A DNA stretch of 55,213 nucleotides from a virus (Duplodnaviria > Caudoviricetes). Position 1 is the stretch's first letter, and every line of letters starts with the position of its first letter. The stretch is taken from positions 1-55,213 of the IMG/VR virus record IMGVR_UViG_3300029171_000008; one strand, written 5' to 3'. The notes below the pieces were generated by a model, which was given only the letters and a program-made list of their open reading frames with translations, made no database searches and had not been told where the DNA came from. Both the position numbers and the translations under genes were made by a program. Shown here piece by piece: positions 19,571 through 29,342 of this stretch.

Positions 19571-20298
19571 CCATCCTCTTCATCCTCCTCCTCTGCTGCC
19601 TCTAGTTGAGCATTAGGTGTATCGGGTGTTTCAGTATCTCCCCCCCGTCGTTTGAATTTACCTCCTGATTCCGCCTCAATTGCTCTAAGAATGGCGTCCT
19701 TGTCCTGGGCACCAAACCAGACCAGTTGCGGTAAATCAAAGGTCATATCTGCTCTGATTTTTAAGAAAATACCTGCGATAAACCAATCTCCCATCCCCCG
19801 GTTGAGGTTGCGTGATTCTTCTAGGATGGCCTTAAAATCACCATCATTCTCATCACGGAAATCGGCATAGTCATGGGGGGATTCTCCATCCTGCATGATG
19901 GTTTGAATGAGATCCCGTGCTTCTTTGAGCGATTTTAAGCTAAACAATCGCCGTGCCTTTTTCGCTAACGCGCTAAACATCATCCGCAGGTCTAGGGCGC
20001 GGTACATGAAATAGGCGTCCACTTCATCAATAATCCATTCCTCAAACCAATTGAGCTGACCACGCAACGGGATTTCATATCCCGCTACGGCGATTATTTT
20101 GCTGGTGCCTGCGTGGGGGGGGATATTATCCAGATCAACTGAGAAGGGCAAACTTGAAAGAGAAATGCGCCACTCCATAAAATCACGCAGGCTTGAAATA
20201 CGTGACTTTTGCTCCTTGACGGTCGATGAGGTTGGCCCTTGGGCGTTATTGGTGGATTCAGTTTCTAAGGTGAGGGTAGACTCAATGGGTTGGGGCAT
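19369..20298 (-). CDS. Tail assembly chaperone G
   Basis: Lies between tail tube and tape measure genes; contains slippery site C CCT TTG. Confidence 0.75.
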   Translation of the reverse strand: MPQPIESTLTLETESTNNAQGPTSSTVKEQKSRISSLRDFMEWRISLSSLPFSVDLDNIPPHAGTSKIIAVAGYEIPLRGQLNWFEEWIIDEVDAYFMYRALDLRMMFSALAKKARRLFSLKSLKEARDLIQTIMQDGESPHDYADFRDENDGDFKAILEESRNLNRGMGDWFIAGIFLKIRADMTFDLPQLVWFGAQDKDAILRAIEAESGGKFKRRGGDTETPDTPNAQLEAAEEEDEEDGPLTPSPVASTPNAATGEMSGTKSIPAPSTTPDITSETLLGSPLTQSSEPSPRLDESETSIATALPV

Positions 20299-20554
20299 GG
20301 GCTAAACTCCCTAAAATATCAAAAAATACATGCTCTTGATACCCTTCCTTTTTGTCTTGAAATTCAGGAGGGATGGCTAATTTCAAACTGTGCAATTGCT
20401 GATGCTCATCCTTTCCCTCTACTACGATAAATTGCGATAGATTGCGCCCAAATAGAGCAAATTCAACCCGCAACATGGCGGCAATCTGTTCACAACCCAC
20501 CAGCACAAGGCGCTGGCGGGAGTGGAGGAGGGATGGAAAATAGAGCCGCTGCAC
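20282..20554 (-). CDS. Hypothetical protein in the tail operon
   Basis: 90-aa ORF filling the gap, overlapping the next gene. Confidence 0.55.
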   Translation of the reverse strand: MQRLYFPSLLHSRQRLVLVGCEQIAAMLRVEFALFGRNLSQFIVVEGKDEHQQLHSLKLAIPPEFQDKKEGYQEHVFFDILGSLAHAPTH

Positions 20555-20561
20555 CAGATTC

Positions 20562-21383
20562 CTACAGACCTGCGAGGCGAATGGCGCGCTCTAGGGCGGC
20601 AACTTGGTCCGCTTCCTCTAAGTATTCTTTGAGGGTGGGGGCGGCGTAAGGGGGTTGCCAGTTGTGTTGATACTGCCCCCGGTGCCCTTCTTTGATTTGC
20701 CCCGGTAGGTTGTGGTTGCTCACTTGGCACGGCCCCCAAACGTGCATTCCAATGGGTCGGAAAATGTAAGCAAATAGGCGACGGTTGTCTTGGGTGCCAG
20801 GATACACATGCTTCCAGAACGCAATGTCATCAGGGCGCAGGTCAACGGCAATTTGTGACGCTTTTTCGAGGCCCACTTTATATTGCGTGAATTGCATGCC
20901 ATCGCGCAAGTTGGTGCCTTCGACCATTGCAGTGGTGTCAGCGAGCGGGATATCTGTGGGTTGAATGAGACTCAACATGGCCCAGGTGTCAGCGGTGGCA
21001 GCAGCAGCAATACCACTGGCTAGGGGCGAGACGGGCAGGTTGATGGCATTACCTGTCCCCATGCCACTCACCATCATTGTTTCTTCTACCACTGCCTCGA
21101 AATAAGGCGCGGTATTGGGGGCAGCGCTGAAGTAAAGCTTTAATCCCTCTTCCAAATAAATTATCGGGTCAGCTTCCACCGGATCTGCGGCGCTGATATA
21201 GACCGAAATTTCATCGTCATCTGGGTTAGCGGCGGCGGTAAGTCCTAGGGTATAGATGCGCCCCTGTTTGCGGTGGCAGGGGAGGGGGGCATATTTGACC
21301 AGGGAGCCACCGTTGCGAATAAAGGGATCACAGGCGTCAATGTCGGGGGTGAAATTAAGGGCAAGGATAGATTTGGGGGCCAT
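20562..21383 (-). CDS. Probable major tail tube protein
   Basis: Position upstream of chaperone and tape measure, size, AGGAG RBS. Confidence 0.6.
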   Translation of the reverse strand: MAPKSILALNFTPDIDACDPFIRNGGSLVKYAPLPCHRKQGRIYTLGLTAAANPDDDEISVYISAADPVEADPIIYLEEGLKLYFSAAPNTAPYFEAVVEETMMVSGMGTGNAINLPVSPLASGIAAAATADTWAMLSLIQPTDIPLADTTAMVEGTNLRDGMQFTQYKVGLEKASQIAVDLRPDDIAFWKHVYPGTQDNRRLFAYIFRPIGMHVWGPCQVSNHNLPGQIKEGHRGQYQHNWQPPYAAPTLKEYLEEADQVAALERAIRLAGL

Positions 21384-21393
21384 TTTAGATCTC

Positions 21394-21861
21394 CTACGGT
21401 GTATAAACGTGGTTCAAAACCTTAACGGTTTCAAAGGTTTCAAAGGTGACACGGGCTTGGGGGAGGTTATCAAATTCACCCAAGGGGGGGAGAGGAACTG
21501 TATGACAACAGGGGAAAAATTGCTCCAAGCGAGCAACGGCGCTCGCTAGGTGTGGCTCACCGTCGTCGGTCTCATGAGGAAGGTGGCCGGGGGAAGTTTC
21601 TCCCGGCACACTTCCGTGTTGCACTAACACTAAATCCCAAGTCTGGGTTTTTTTTACCCGCCGACTGGTCCACAGGTTGTCACTCTCGCTCACCCACGGC
21701 ACGGTGATTTCTAACCCCTGAGTTACCCAATCATCGGGGGTGATTGCACCGATACCCACCGCAGGCAGTACGGTACCGCCCGGTAGGGTATAGGTACCGA
21801 GCAACGGCGGGTCGTGGTTGAGTACCTGAGTTACCATGTCCATCACCTCCTCTGCTGTCAT
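21394..21861 (-). CDS. Tail completion / terminator-like protein
   Basis: Synteny; ATGA overlap with the upstream gene; contains repeat copy 2. Confidence 0.5.
   Translation of the reverse strand: MTAEEVMDMVTQVLNHDPPLLGTYTLPGGTVLPAVGIGAITPDDWVTQGLEITVPWVSESDNLWTSRRVKKTQTWDLVLVQHGSVPGETSPGHLPHETDDGEPHLASAVARLEQFFPCCHTVPLPPLGEFDNLPQARVTFETFETVKVLNHVYTP
21578..21615 (-). repeat. 38-nt hairpin dispersed repeat, copy 2
   Basis: GGAAG-TGTGCCGGGAGAAACTTCCCCCGGCCAC-CTTCC; 34/38 identical to copy 1. Confidence 0.85.
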
Positions 21862-22268
21862 GCCTTGAAACCCTGCACAAATGCGTTGCCCCACTGCGCT
21901 TCACGACGGGCAACGCGGGTAAAGCGACGGGCGGGGATACGGGTGCCATTGCGTAAGGTTGCCCCTTCATGAACCACCACGGGCGGGGTTTTTCCACTGC
22001 CCCCCCACACAAATTGCACCCGGAATTGACCCACTGGGCGGACTTGTTGGTCACGGGCGAGGTTGCCTAGATCTTTGATATTGCGATAGGCACCCACCAC
22101 CACCTCGCCACTTTTACGGCGGGTGACGCGCCCTTCAAAACCGCGCCAATAACGGGGGGTGAGTAGTACCAACTGACAAACTTGGTAATACTCAGCAATG
22201 ACGGACTGATGAGCGTTGGTAAACCGTCGTTGCAGGTCGGCGCGATGACTGATGGTACGGATGCTCAT
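21858..22268 (-). CDS. Neck / tail-completion protein (HK97 gp10-like)
   Basis: RNIKDLGNL, VVHEGAT, IPARRF motifs; synteny. Confidence 0.6.
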   Translation of the reverse strand: MSIRTISHRADLQRRFTNAHQSVIAEYYQVCQLVLLTPRYWRGFEGRVTRRKSGEVVVGAYRNIKDLGNLARDQQVRPVGQFRVQFVWGGSGKTPPVVVHEGATLRNGTRIPARRFTRVARREAQWGNAFVQGFKA

Positions 22269-22837
22269 GGCTTTACCTCCTGTAGCCAACCCTGCAATGG
22301 ATCTCCAAAAAACTGATCCAGTCCCAACCGTGAGCCTGTGGTGGGGATTTGATAAAATAAGCCGCTCATTTGAGAAAACTGTCCCCGTTGGTAGCGAATA
22401 GGAACAATGGTTTGGTTGGGCTGGAACGGTTGTAGGGTGGCGGGGTTGACTAGGCGTCCGGTGAGAAACAGCGCACTGCGATCTACTCCTGGTAAATTTT
22501 CCGGGGCAGGCCGATTGGATTCTTCTAGCGATGCTGCCACCACCTGCTCGATGGACTGTTCTTTGGCCATCCCACTCACTTTGAGCAAATTGGTCAATCC
22601 TGCTCTTAGTTCACCTGTCAAGGGTTGACAAGGCACAGCGATTGACACATTGGGGACCAGTGCCACTTCAGCGGTGGTCTGCACCGTAATTGCCCCAAAT
22701 TTCAATCCGTACCCGGTGGGAATTGTTACCGCTTTGCTGCTGCTCACTAGTACCTGCTCAGCTCCCACCGCTGTTATTTCAGCAACGGTGAGCACAAAGG
22801 ATTGACGATAGGTGAGCCAAGCGTTAGTTAAAAACAT
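22265..22837 (-). CDS. Probable head-closure / structural protein
   Basis: Synteny after DUF4054; ATG immediately after the upstream stop. Confidence 0.5.
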   Translation of the reverse strand: MFLTNAWLTYRQSFVLTVAEITAVGAEQVLVSSSKAVTIPTGYGLKFGAITVQTTAEVALVPNVSIAVPCQPLTGELRAGLTNLLKVSGMAKEQSIEQVVAASLEESNRPAPENLPGVDRSALFLTGRLVNPATLQPFQPNQTIVPIRYQRGQFSQMSGLFYQIPTTGSRLGLDQFFGDPLQGWLQEVKP

Positions 22838-22838
22838 A

Positions 22839-23237
22839 TCAATAGGGCAGATACGAACCGTAGGCAACGGGTAGGGGACAACGACATTGCAGGAGGTTAT
22901 AAAGACGCCGACCATAGTCATTGGCCATAAATTGCGCCTCGCGACCACTCCCCCCACTGGCTAGCTTGATGGCGTCATTGCGGGAGCGAATTTCGGTGAT
23001 CGGCAACCCAAATTGATTGGCAACCCCTGGCGTTAAAACAGGATTTCGCACAATATTAAAGGCCACATGCAACGCTACTGCTAATTCCTGCCGCTCTGGA
23101 TCATCGGCTAGACAGTAATATTCGTCACACTCAATTAAGGTGTCCTCCATTAATTGACGAACTGAGGACTCAGGGAGGGTGGCAAATTCAGGAAAGCGCC
23201 CAATGAAATCAGGGTAGGTGAGGGTCATGGGGTACAC
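22839..23237 (-). CDS. DUF4054 head-tail adaptor
   Basis: FIGRFPEF...ALHVA...YGRRLYNL. Confidence 0.75.
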   Translation of the reverse strand: MYPMTLTYPDFIGRFPEFATLPESSVRQLMEDTLIECDEYYCLADDPERQELAVALHVAFNIVRNPVLTPGVANQFGLPITEIRSRNDAIKLASGGSGREAQFMANDYGRRLYNLLQCRCPLPVAYGSYLPY

Positions 23238-23240
23238 CTG

Positions 23241-23807
23241 CTATTGTGCTGAGCGTCGCTCTAACTCCGCCTCTAATTTCTGACGGTGTTCGGTGGCTAG
23301 CTTTAACACTACAGGCCGATTTTCTCCCTGCAACCAATCCTCCATCAATGACGGTGCGTAGCTATAACTCACCAGCGTTAGCGCATCGGGTTCACTAAAG
23401 GCGCGATAGCCAACTCCCATCTCTGCTGATTCAGGGGTAAAACAACGAATCACCCCGTTGTCCTCTAGCTCCCGCAAACGGGGGCTGTTTTCATGGGCGG
23501 TGGTGTAGTCCACCGCTTTAACCCCCATCGTCACGCCCGGCGAAAACCCAATGGAGCGCGACAATCGACTGGCACGATTGGGATCTTTTTTGTCCTTGGG
23601 TCTGAGGTTTCCCACCTCCTCAATGGGCAAGCCAATTAGGATCGGGTGGCAGGGGATGGGTTGGTCGTTACCTCCCACAATCAACCGCAGCGGATCGGTG
23701 GCAGCAGGGAGACGGGTGGGGTCATAAATGACCGCTACCCAATCTGCCCCTTGAGAGGGAACGATGGGAGCTGAAGGGGCGCTGCGCTCTGTGGTGGTGG
23801 TGGCCAT
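23241..23807 (-). CDS. Hypothetical protein downstream of the capsid gene
   Basis: TAATG overlap with the capsid stop. Confidence 0.6.
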   Translation of the reverse strand: MATTTTERSAPSAPIVPSQGADWVAVIYDPTRLPAATDPLRLIVGGNDQPIPCHPILIGLPIEEVGNLRPKDKKDPNRASRLSRSIGFSPGVTMGVKAVDYTTAHENSPRLRELEDNGVIRCFTPESAEMGVGYRAFSEPDALTLVSYSYAPSLMEDWLQGENRPVVLKLATEHRQKLEAELERRSAQ

Positions 23808-24754
23808 TAGTTCAGACCCTCCACAATCAAACACTCCATTGGTCGTGCCACTTGCACCAAACTGGTGCGCATGACGGCATGGGTCACTAGTTCTAGGTTT
23901 TGTTGCTGTTCGGGCAGCATCATGAACGGCAATTGAATACCCAGACACGCTTTCTCGCGGTCGTTGGGCAATACTAGGGCAGCACTGCGGCCATTCTCGC
24001 CTTTGTTGTTGAGGTTGACATCAAAGATGACTTCCTCAATCCGGTTCAAACGCCGCTGGGTTTCGAGGAATGCGTCAATGACCAACAAATCGCTATTGGT
24101 GCGGTAGGTCTGGCAGACATACTGCTCTAAATCTGTCCCCAAAACCAATCGTTTGGGCATCGCTCGGTAGTTGCTCATTTCCATCAAGGCATTGATGGGG
24201 GCATGGAGCAGTGCCAGAATGTCGTCCGGATCTGGCGCATCAGCAAGGCGGGTGGGACTATACCACCGTGGAATCGGTGACCGATAAAATAACCCCGGTA
24301 AATTGTAGGCAGGATCACCGCTATATCCCCCCATGTCGATATAACTGTCTGCCGCTTCCCGTGCTGCTCGCAAACGTTGCTCTTTGAGCGGCTTGTTATG
24401 GGCCTGGGCTTTGTTTAACTCCTCCCAACTCACCCCCACATGATCACCGACGGTCTTGATGGCAAACCGAGTGCGCCGGGCGCGGTTGCCGACTCTCGGG
24501 CCACCTTTGGAGTAGTCGGCAATGACCGCAGCCACGCCCACCACGTCGTATTCTTCGATTTCGATATAGTCATCCCACGCCGCCTCAGTCTGAATATCCA
24601 ACGGCAATATTTCACCGTTGGCCATCTTTTTGTTGGGATATTCATACTGGTAAACCTTGGCACGAACTTTGGTGAGTTCGCGCTGGGCAAAAAGCAATAA
24701 ATCGTCGTCAAAGTGCCCGACAGCACTTGGAAATAAATCGGCAGCAGTAGGCAT
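23807..24754 (-). CDS. Major capsid protein (DUF2184 family)
   Basis: ELTKVRAKVYQYEYP, YDVVGVA, SWEELNKA, GDPAYNLPGL motifs. Confidence 0.85.
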   Translation of the reverse strand: MPTAADLFPSAVGHFDDDLLLFAQRELTKVRAKVYQYEYPNKKMANGEILPLDIQTEAAWDDYIEIEEYDVVGVAAVIADYSKGGPRVGNRARRTRFAIKTVGDHVGVSWEELNKAQAHNKPLKEQRLRAAREAADSYIDMGGYSGDPAYNLPGLFYRSPIPRWYSPTRLADAPDPDDILALLHAPINALMEMSNYRAMPKRLVLGTDLEQYVCQTYRTNSDLLVIDAFLETQRRLNRIEEVIFDVNLNNKGENGRSAALVLPNDREKACLGIQLPFMMLPEQQQNLELVTHAVMRTSLVQVARPMECLIVEGLN

Positions 24755-25611
24755 TATAGGTTCACCTCAAATCGGCCTATGGTGTTGGCTTTGATGGAAT
24801 TGAACGGTTTTAGATTCAGGGAACTGATGTCTGTGGTATTTGCTCCGTCAGCCGTGGCACGTACCCGTCCCTGATGATCTCCTGTGATATAGGCATGGAC
24901 TGAGTTGTAGGGTTCCATATCAGTCAATGCATACATCCAGATCTGGGCCATCTTGGCGCAGTTGACAGGGTAGTTGGGCGGGTACCCAGGCATGTAGCCA
25001 TAACTCCCTACGTTGTCGCCATAGCTGCCATAGGCTTCCGTTAAAACTGAAACCCCGCGCACAATGCCGGACGCCAACGGGCCATCAATGACGCTGCACT
25101 CATCCCCTTCTTTGGCGGTGTTGCGCGTCCACAATAGCCGCCCCCAAGGAATAATCGGAGCATCTGCTCCTTGGGTGGTGGTTGCTCCAGCAAAGCCACT
25201 CCCACCCCCTGATGCAGTGATGGTAAAAGCCCCTGCCTTACCATCCACACGGCTAATTGCATCAATGGCTGTGGTGCTCACTTTTGTGAATTTGAGCCGT
25301 GAGGTAAGCATTAGGTTGCCGCGCAGCGCATCCATGAGCAAATTCTGCACGTCGGCGGCGGTGGGGGTGCCTGTGGGGGTAACGGTGACGGTGGTCAGCG
25401 GTAGTCCTAGGGTCAAGGACTCAAAGGTCAGGCTATAGAGGTTGGTGCTGGCGGTGCCAATCGTAATCCGCGCTTTGGCGGTGGCAGATTTGGCACTGTT
25501 TTTTAGGGTTAGAACGTTGTGGGGGAAGCTATCGACCAGCATCCCCTCTAAACCCTGGTCTGGATAAAGCTTGAAATTATCAGTAAAACCGATTCCCGGT
25601 GCATAGGTCAT
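24754..25611 (-). CDS. Capsid decoration / cement protein
   Basis: Between DUF2213 and the capsid gene; IPWGR...GVSV motif. Confidence 0.6.
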   Translation of the reverse strand: MTYAPGIGFTDNFKLYPDQGLEGMLVDSFPHNVLTLKNSAKSATAKARITIGTASTNLYSLTFESLTLGLPLTTVTVTPTGTPTAADVQNLLMDALRGNLMLTSRLKFTKVSTTAIDAISRVDGKAGAFTITASGGGSGFAGATTTQGADAPIIPWGRLLWTRNTAKEGDECSVIDGPLASGIVRGVSVLTEAYGSYGDNVGSYGYMPGYPPNYPVNCAKMAQIWMYALTDMEPYNSVHAYITGDHQGRVRATADGANTTDISSLNLKPFNSIKANTIGRFEVNL

Positions 25612-25670
25612 AGGTCGAGTCCTCTGTTATGAGCAGATAAAGGAGCGTACGTACGGCTGTACAGCCCCAA

Positions 25671-26978
25671 TTAAGCCATGGTTTTCTCTTTCTTTTTGCC
25701 CCCGTTTTTGAGCCGCTCCACATACTCGTTCCACGCCAAATCCGCTGCATCTAGATTGGGGGGCAGGTTGGGAGGGGTGTTGGGCGCATTCCCATTCGGT
25801 GGCTTTGGGGGAACGGTAGAAATGGGCTTGCTATCAAGAATCACCTGGTACGCTACCCCTAACGCTTCATCACCCATGTCGCTATAGGTTTTGGCTTTGG
25901 GGGAGTCTGCTTTAAGTCCCAGCAATTGCAAAATGCATGCCTCTTTGATTTGCCGATCGCTGAGGAGGCTGTCCACTTTGACCGTCGCTGGTAAAATCCT
26001 CTGCGCTTCTTGCTCTAATGCATGCCGCGCTTGACCACTCTTATACCCCTCATCAAAACTTTTCTTTAAACCATCGGCATCGGGTTCACTCCCCTTGGCC
26101 TCTGCCACATCCGCCCGCGCTTTGGCAGTGGCCAACTCACTCTCTAACGTTTTAACTTTGGCCTCAACAGTGGCTAAACTGTCGACCTTGCCCTGCAAGG
26201 TGTTGCGTTCTTTTACAACCTCAGACAGCACACTACCCAGCGCTTGAGCATCGGGGGAATCCCCCACCTCAATGGTTCTACTCTCGTCAATCTTGATGGT
26301 TTTTAAGATTTTGGTGGTCATTTTTTTTCCTTTAGCCTTAGTACTACTATCTAAACTATCTAACGAGACAATGCTGTTGGGTGTCCAGATTAGAGGCTTG
26401 TTAAACAGCTCATGCTCATCAGCCCTTGAAAGACATTGATAGGCACAATCGGTGAGGGATTTCACGGCATCATTTGAAATCCCTAAAAACCCGACATCTG
26501 GCCCCGCTCGTCCTCGATTGGTGGCAGCAAAATGGTTGTATTCAACTTCAGTTTGAATGTAGCGCTGTAGGCTATCAAGAAGGGTTTTGGCCCAGTACCC
26601 TGAACTAATCTGGTCAAGCTCTTTGGCTAAAATAGCGTCCTGTAATTCTTCATCAGTTACTGCTCCCACAATCACAGCGTAGGGATCATCGCGAATGATG
26701 GTATTGCCACTTAAACCGCGCTGATATTGACGAGCATTTTTGCGCGTCACCATCCCCTCGTCTGGATGGTGACGCGTGATGGGTCGCATGGCCGCAGTTC
26801 GTAGACTCGCCGCAGAAAATAAATGCTCGTCCAAAACATGCTCAATGTGCTCACTGCCATCTGCATGCCGATAGGTTAATGGCCCCACTTTTCGGAAGCG
26901 AAAATAACAGCGCAACGTCTCCCCGTCCCGCTCTGCTTTGGCAATACTTCCCAAGTCAAACCGCGCTACTCTGCTCAC
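25671..26978 (-). CDS. DUF2213 prohead protease/scaffold
   Basis: PITRHHP, QISSGY, YNHFA...RGRAGPD; coiled-coil C-terminus; GTG start. Confidence 0.85.
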   Translation of the reverse strand: MSRVARFDLGSIAKAERDGETLRCYFRFRKVGPLTYRHADGSEHIEHVLDEHLFSAASLRTAAMRPITRHHPDEGMVTRKNARQYQRGLSGNTIIRDDPYAVIVGAVTDEELQDAILAKELDQISSGYWAKTLLDSLQRYIQTEVEYNHFAATNRGRAGPDVGFLGISNDAVKSLTDCAYQCLSRADEHELFNKPLIWTPNSIVSLDSLDSSTKAKGKKMTTKILKTIKIDESRTIEVGDSPDAQALGSVLSEVVKERNTLQGKVDSLATVEAKVKTLESELATAKARADVAEAKGSEPDADGLKKSFDEGYKSGQARHALEQEAQRILPATVKVDSLLSDRQIKEACILQLLGLKADSPKAKTYSDMGDEALGVAYQVILDSKPISTVPPKPPNGNAPNTPPNLPPNLDAADLAWNEYVERLKNGGKKKEKTMA

Positions 26979-26986
26979 GCCGCTTT

Positions 26987-27004
26987 GTTGTCTATTAATA
27001 CAAC
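26987..27004. promoter_or_regulatory. Palindromic box, copy 5
   Basis: GTTGTCtattaaTACAAC, 8 nt upstream of the head operon start. Confidence 0.7.
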
Positions 27005-27072
27005 AATACAAAGCCTACCACACGCGGCTATTTTGGCTCATTGATTGCCTTTATGTTTATTTTTTCTATTTA

Positions 27073-27092
27073 TGGGTACAATACGAATATAG
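27073..27092 (+). promoter_or_regulatory. 20-bp promoter-like repeat, copy A
   Basis: TGGGTACAATACGAATATAG, identical to 27663-27682; contains a TACAAT -10 element. Confidence 0.7.
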
Positions 27093-27108
27093 ATTGATAA
27101 ATCAGGTG

Positions 27109-27648
27109 ATGCCGTACAACCCCAAAAGCCTAAAGAATTTAGGCAAACCCAAGGTAAAAGCGGGAGAGCGCAAGTTCCGCTTGACGCAGGCAGCGCTTGA
27201 CTATCTAGAGAAACAGAAAAACGCCACTCAAAAAATAGAGGAATTAATTATGCAAGCCATTGAATCTGAGCAGATTTTAGTCACTGAGTGTAGCGGAACA
27301 CTATCTCAGGCGATTGAGAAAGCCTGGGAATTGATTGGTTACAGTTTCGATGCTGATATGGATCTTAAGGTGGAAGTTATTGCAGCTATGGCTCCCAGTT
27401 TCTACGAACTAGGCCAACGGCTCAGAGAGGCCGTAGGAGATGAAAACGCCCCTGTCTACCAACTGATGGGCATTTATTTCTGCGTTGGGAAACCTGAAAC
27501 CGATGAAGCTTACAAAATCGCATTCTTGTCGTTTTGCAACATTAACGGCGCTTACCAAACCACGGACGGCACTCTGAAACCGTTCTCAGCACTACCCCTG
27601 TGGAACAACCTTAAACAAAAACTACAATCTGCTGCCGATGCCTGTTAG
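27109..27648 (+). CDS. Hypothetical protein with possible N-terminal RHH DNA-binding domain
   Basis: MPYNPKSLKNL...KFRLTQAALDYL. Confidence 0.55.
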   Translation: MPYNPKSLKNLGKPKVKAGERKFRLTQAALDYLEKQKNATQKIEELIMQAIESEQILVTECSGTLSQAIEKAWELIGYSFDADMDLKVEVIAAMAPSFYELGQRLREAVGDENAPVYQLMGIYFCVGKPETDEAYKIAFLSFCNINGAYQTTDGTLKPFSALPLWNNLKQKLQSAADAC

Positions 27649-27662
27649 TTATTGTCAGATTG

Positions 27663-27682
27663 TGGGTACAATACGAATATAG
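27663..27682 (+). promoter_or_regulatory. 20-bp promoter-like repeat, copy B
   Basis: Exact repeat of 27073-27092, followed by a 9-bp hairpin at 27696-27729. Confidence 0.7.
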
Positions 27683-27759
27683 TTCACAAAGCAAAGCGGT
27701 CGCTAGACTCTCTCAAAGGCAGCGACCGCAGCGCGTCAACCAACAAGAGAAAACGCACC

Positions 27760-27918
27760 ATGAACACTTTAGACGAAATTGACTGGCAACTGATTGCTGA
27801 GCTAGCGCAGCAAGCGCCCTTTATCTCCGGGTCTTGCGAAGAACTCTGTGATAATCCAGATTCTGGCGATAGTAGAGACGAGATGCCTCTTGATGGTTGG
27901 ACAGATTGGAGGGCGTAA
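27760..27918 (+). CDS. Small acidic hypothetical protein
   Basis: ATG 27760; TAATG coupling to the next ORF. Confidence 0.5.
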   Translation: MNTLDEIDWQLIAELAQQAPFISGSCEELCDNPDSGDSRDEMPLDGWTDWRA

Positions 27919-28124
27919 TGAACAGCAATGTATCTAAGGCGCTTCGCGAAGATATGTCTCAAGAGGATGCGGTACGGTTGCTTGAGTTGCAACTAACCAA
28001 CGCTAATCAGCGTATTACTCGGCTAAGAGATGAACTCCAGAAATTACGCACTAAACCTAAAAATTTCAGCGAATTGCGAACGAACACAGGCCATCAATAT
28101 AGGGAACAAAACCATGACTTTTGA
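27918..28124 (+). CDS. Coiled-coil hypothetical protein
   Basis: Coupled to the upstream stop. Confidence 0.55.
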   Translation: MNSNVSKALREDMSQEDAVRLLELQLTNANQRITRLRDELQKLRTKPKNFSELRTNTGHQYREQNHDF

Positions 28125-28446
28125 AGAGATTATGCGAGCAATTGAGGGGCTGTTATCCGTGCAGCGAGACCTGCAAGAAGGGCAGCTCAGAATGCAGGAG
28201 CGGCAACAGGAAATGCAGGCACGGCAACAGGCCACTGATGCAAGACTGGATCGGCTCACTGATATTACAGAGCGCTACATCAATGCCTCGACAGGGGTGA
28301 TTGAGCGTCTTGACCGCAATGTTGAGGAATTGAGAGCCTCTAACCAACGCTTAGATCAGAGCATTGAGGAGTTGAGAGCTTCAAACCGTCATCAAGAGCG
28401 CATTAATGACTTCCTGTTGCAGCGTGAAAATGGGGGTGAGGCTTAA
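28114..28446 (+). CDS. Coiled-coil protein
   Basis: MTFEEIMRAIEGLL; repeated LD..(V/I)EELRASN. Confidence 0.65.
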   Translation: MTFEEIMRAIEGLLSVQRDLQEGQLRMQERQQEMQARQQATDARLDRLTDITERYINASTGVIERLDRNVEELRASNQRLDQSIEELRASNRHQERINDFLLQRENGGEA

Positions 28447-28478
28447 GGTAGCAAAAAGACTTAGCTCAGCAGCGGTAA

Positions 28479-29342
28479 CTACTGAGCTAAGTACAGCATC
28501 AGCCAATCAGTTGCGCCCCTAATTTCATCAGGGCTCATGGGCTGAATAGAACCATCAAAGGCTACCTGACGCAGAGTAATATTGCGTTGCTCTAGATCAC
28601 TCAAAAATTGATTAAGGTCAGATTCGCTGTGGCAGCACGGAGTAAGTTCCATAAAAATCTTAAGGTGGGGGTTTGCATCAAGGGTGCGCTGCATCCCTTT
28701 CCACACCTCCAGCTCGTAGCCCTCTACGTCAATTTTAACTAGGTCTAAAGAGCGCTCCTTAATTAAATCCAAATCATCCACACAGACTTGATCACAGTAA
28801 GTATGCAGCACATCGTCGTTTTGATATGCATCGCTTGTCGGTTGCACCGAAGCAAGCAAGGTGTCCGGGGGAAGTTTCCCCCGGCACACTTGCGCACCGC
28901 CCCACAAATAAGCAGGCACTGCTAACGGCACAAATTGAAGGGTGCTTTCTCCCGCCAAAACAGGCAAAACCTGCACAGCACCATAGCCATTCGCTGCCAA
29001 GGAGCGCAAAAGCAGTGTTACTAGCGTGTGGTTGGGTTCAATTGCAATCACATTTTCAGCCCCCGCCCTCATTGCCATCAGCAGGGTGTAATACCCACAA
29101 TTGGCCCCAATATCCAGACAACGCATCCCGCGCTTCAGGTGCTTGGCAATGGCGAGGGTGATCCACGATTCCCAGTAGCCCATGGTGATCAGACAGGGTG
29201 TCAGCGATACATCCTGCGCCGCTACATACAAAAACTGATTCCCCAATACCCGACACAAGATGGCACCCTCTCCCACATACTGCGACCAAGCGGCAGCCTG
29301 ACAGTGATCCTCAAATTGCTCTCGGGTCGTGAAATTTGCCAT
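28479..29342 (-). CDS. FkbM-family SAM methyltransferase
   Basis: DIGANCGYYT, AIEPN, KIDVEGYE. Confidence 0.9.
   Translation of the reverse strand: MANFTTREQFEDHCQAAAWSQYVGEGAILCRVLGNQFLYVAAQDVSLTPCLITMGYWESWITLAIAKHLKRGMRCLDIGANCGYYTLLMAMRAGAENVIAIEPNHTLVTLLLRSLAANGYGAVQVLPVLAGESTLQFVPLAVPAYLWGGAQVCRGKLPPDTLLASVQPTSDAYQNDDVLHTYCDQVCVDDLDLIKERSLDLVKIDVEGYELEVWKGMQRTLDANPHLKIFMELTPCCHSESDLNQFLSDLEQRNITLRQVAFDGSIQPMSPDEIRGATDWLMLYLAQ
28856..28893 (-). repeat. 38-nt hairpin dispersed repeat, copy 3
   Basis: GCAAG-TGTGCCGGGGGAAACTTCCCCCGGACAC-CTTGC inside the FkbM gene. Confidence 0.85.
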
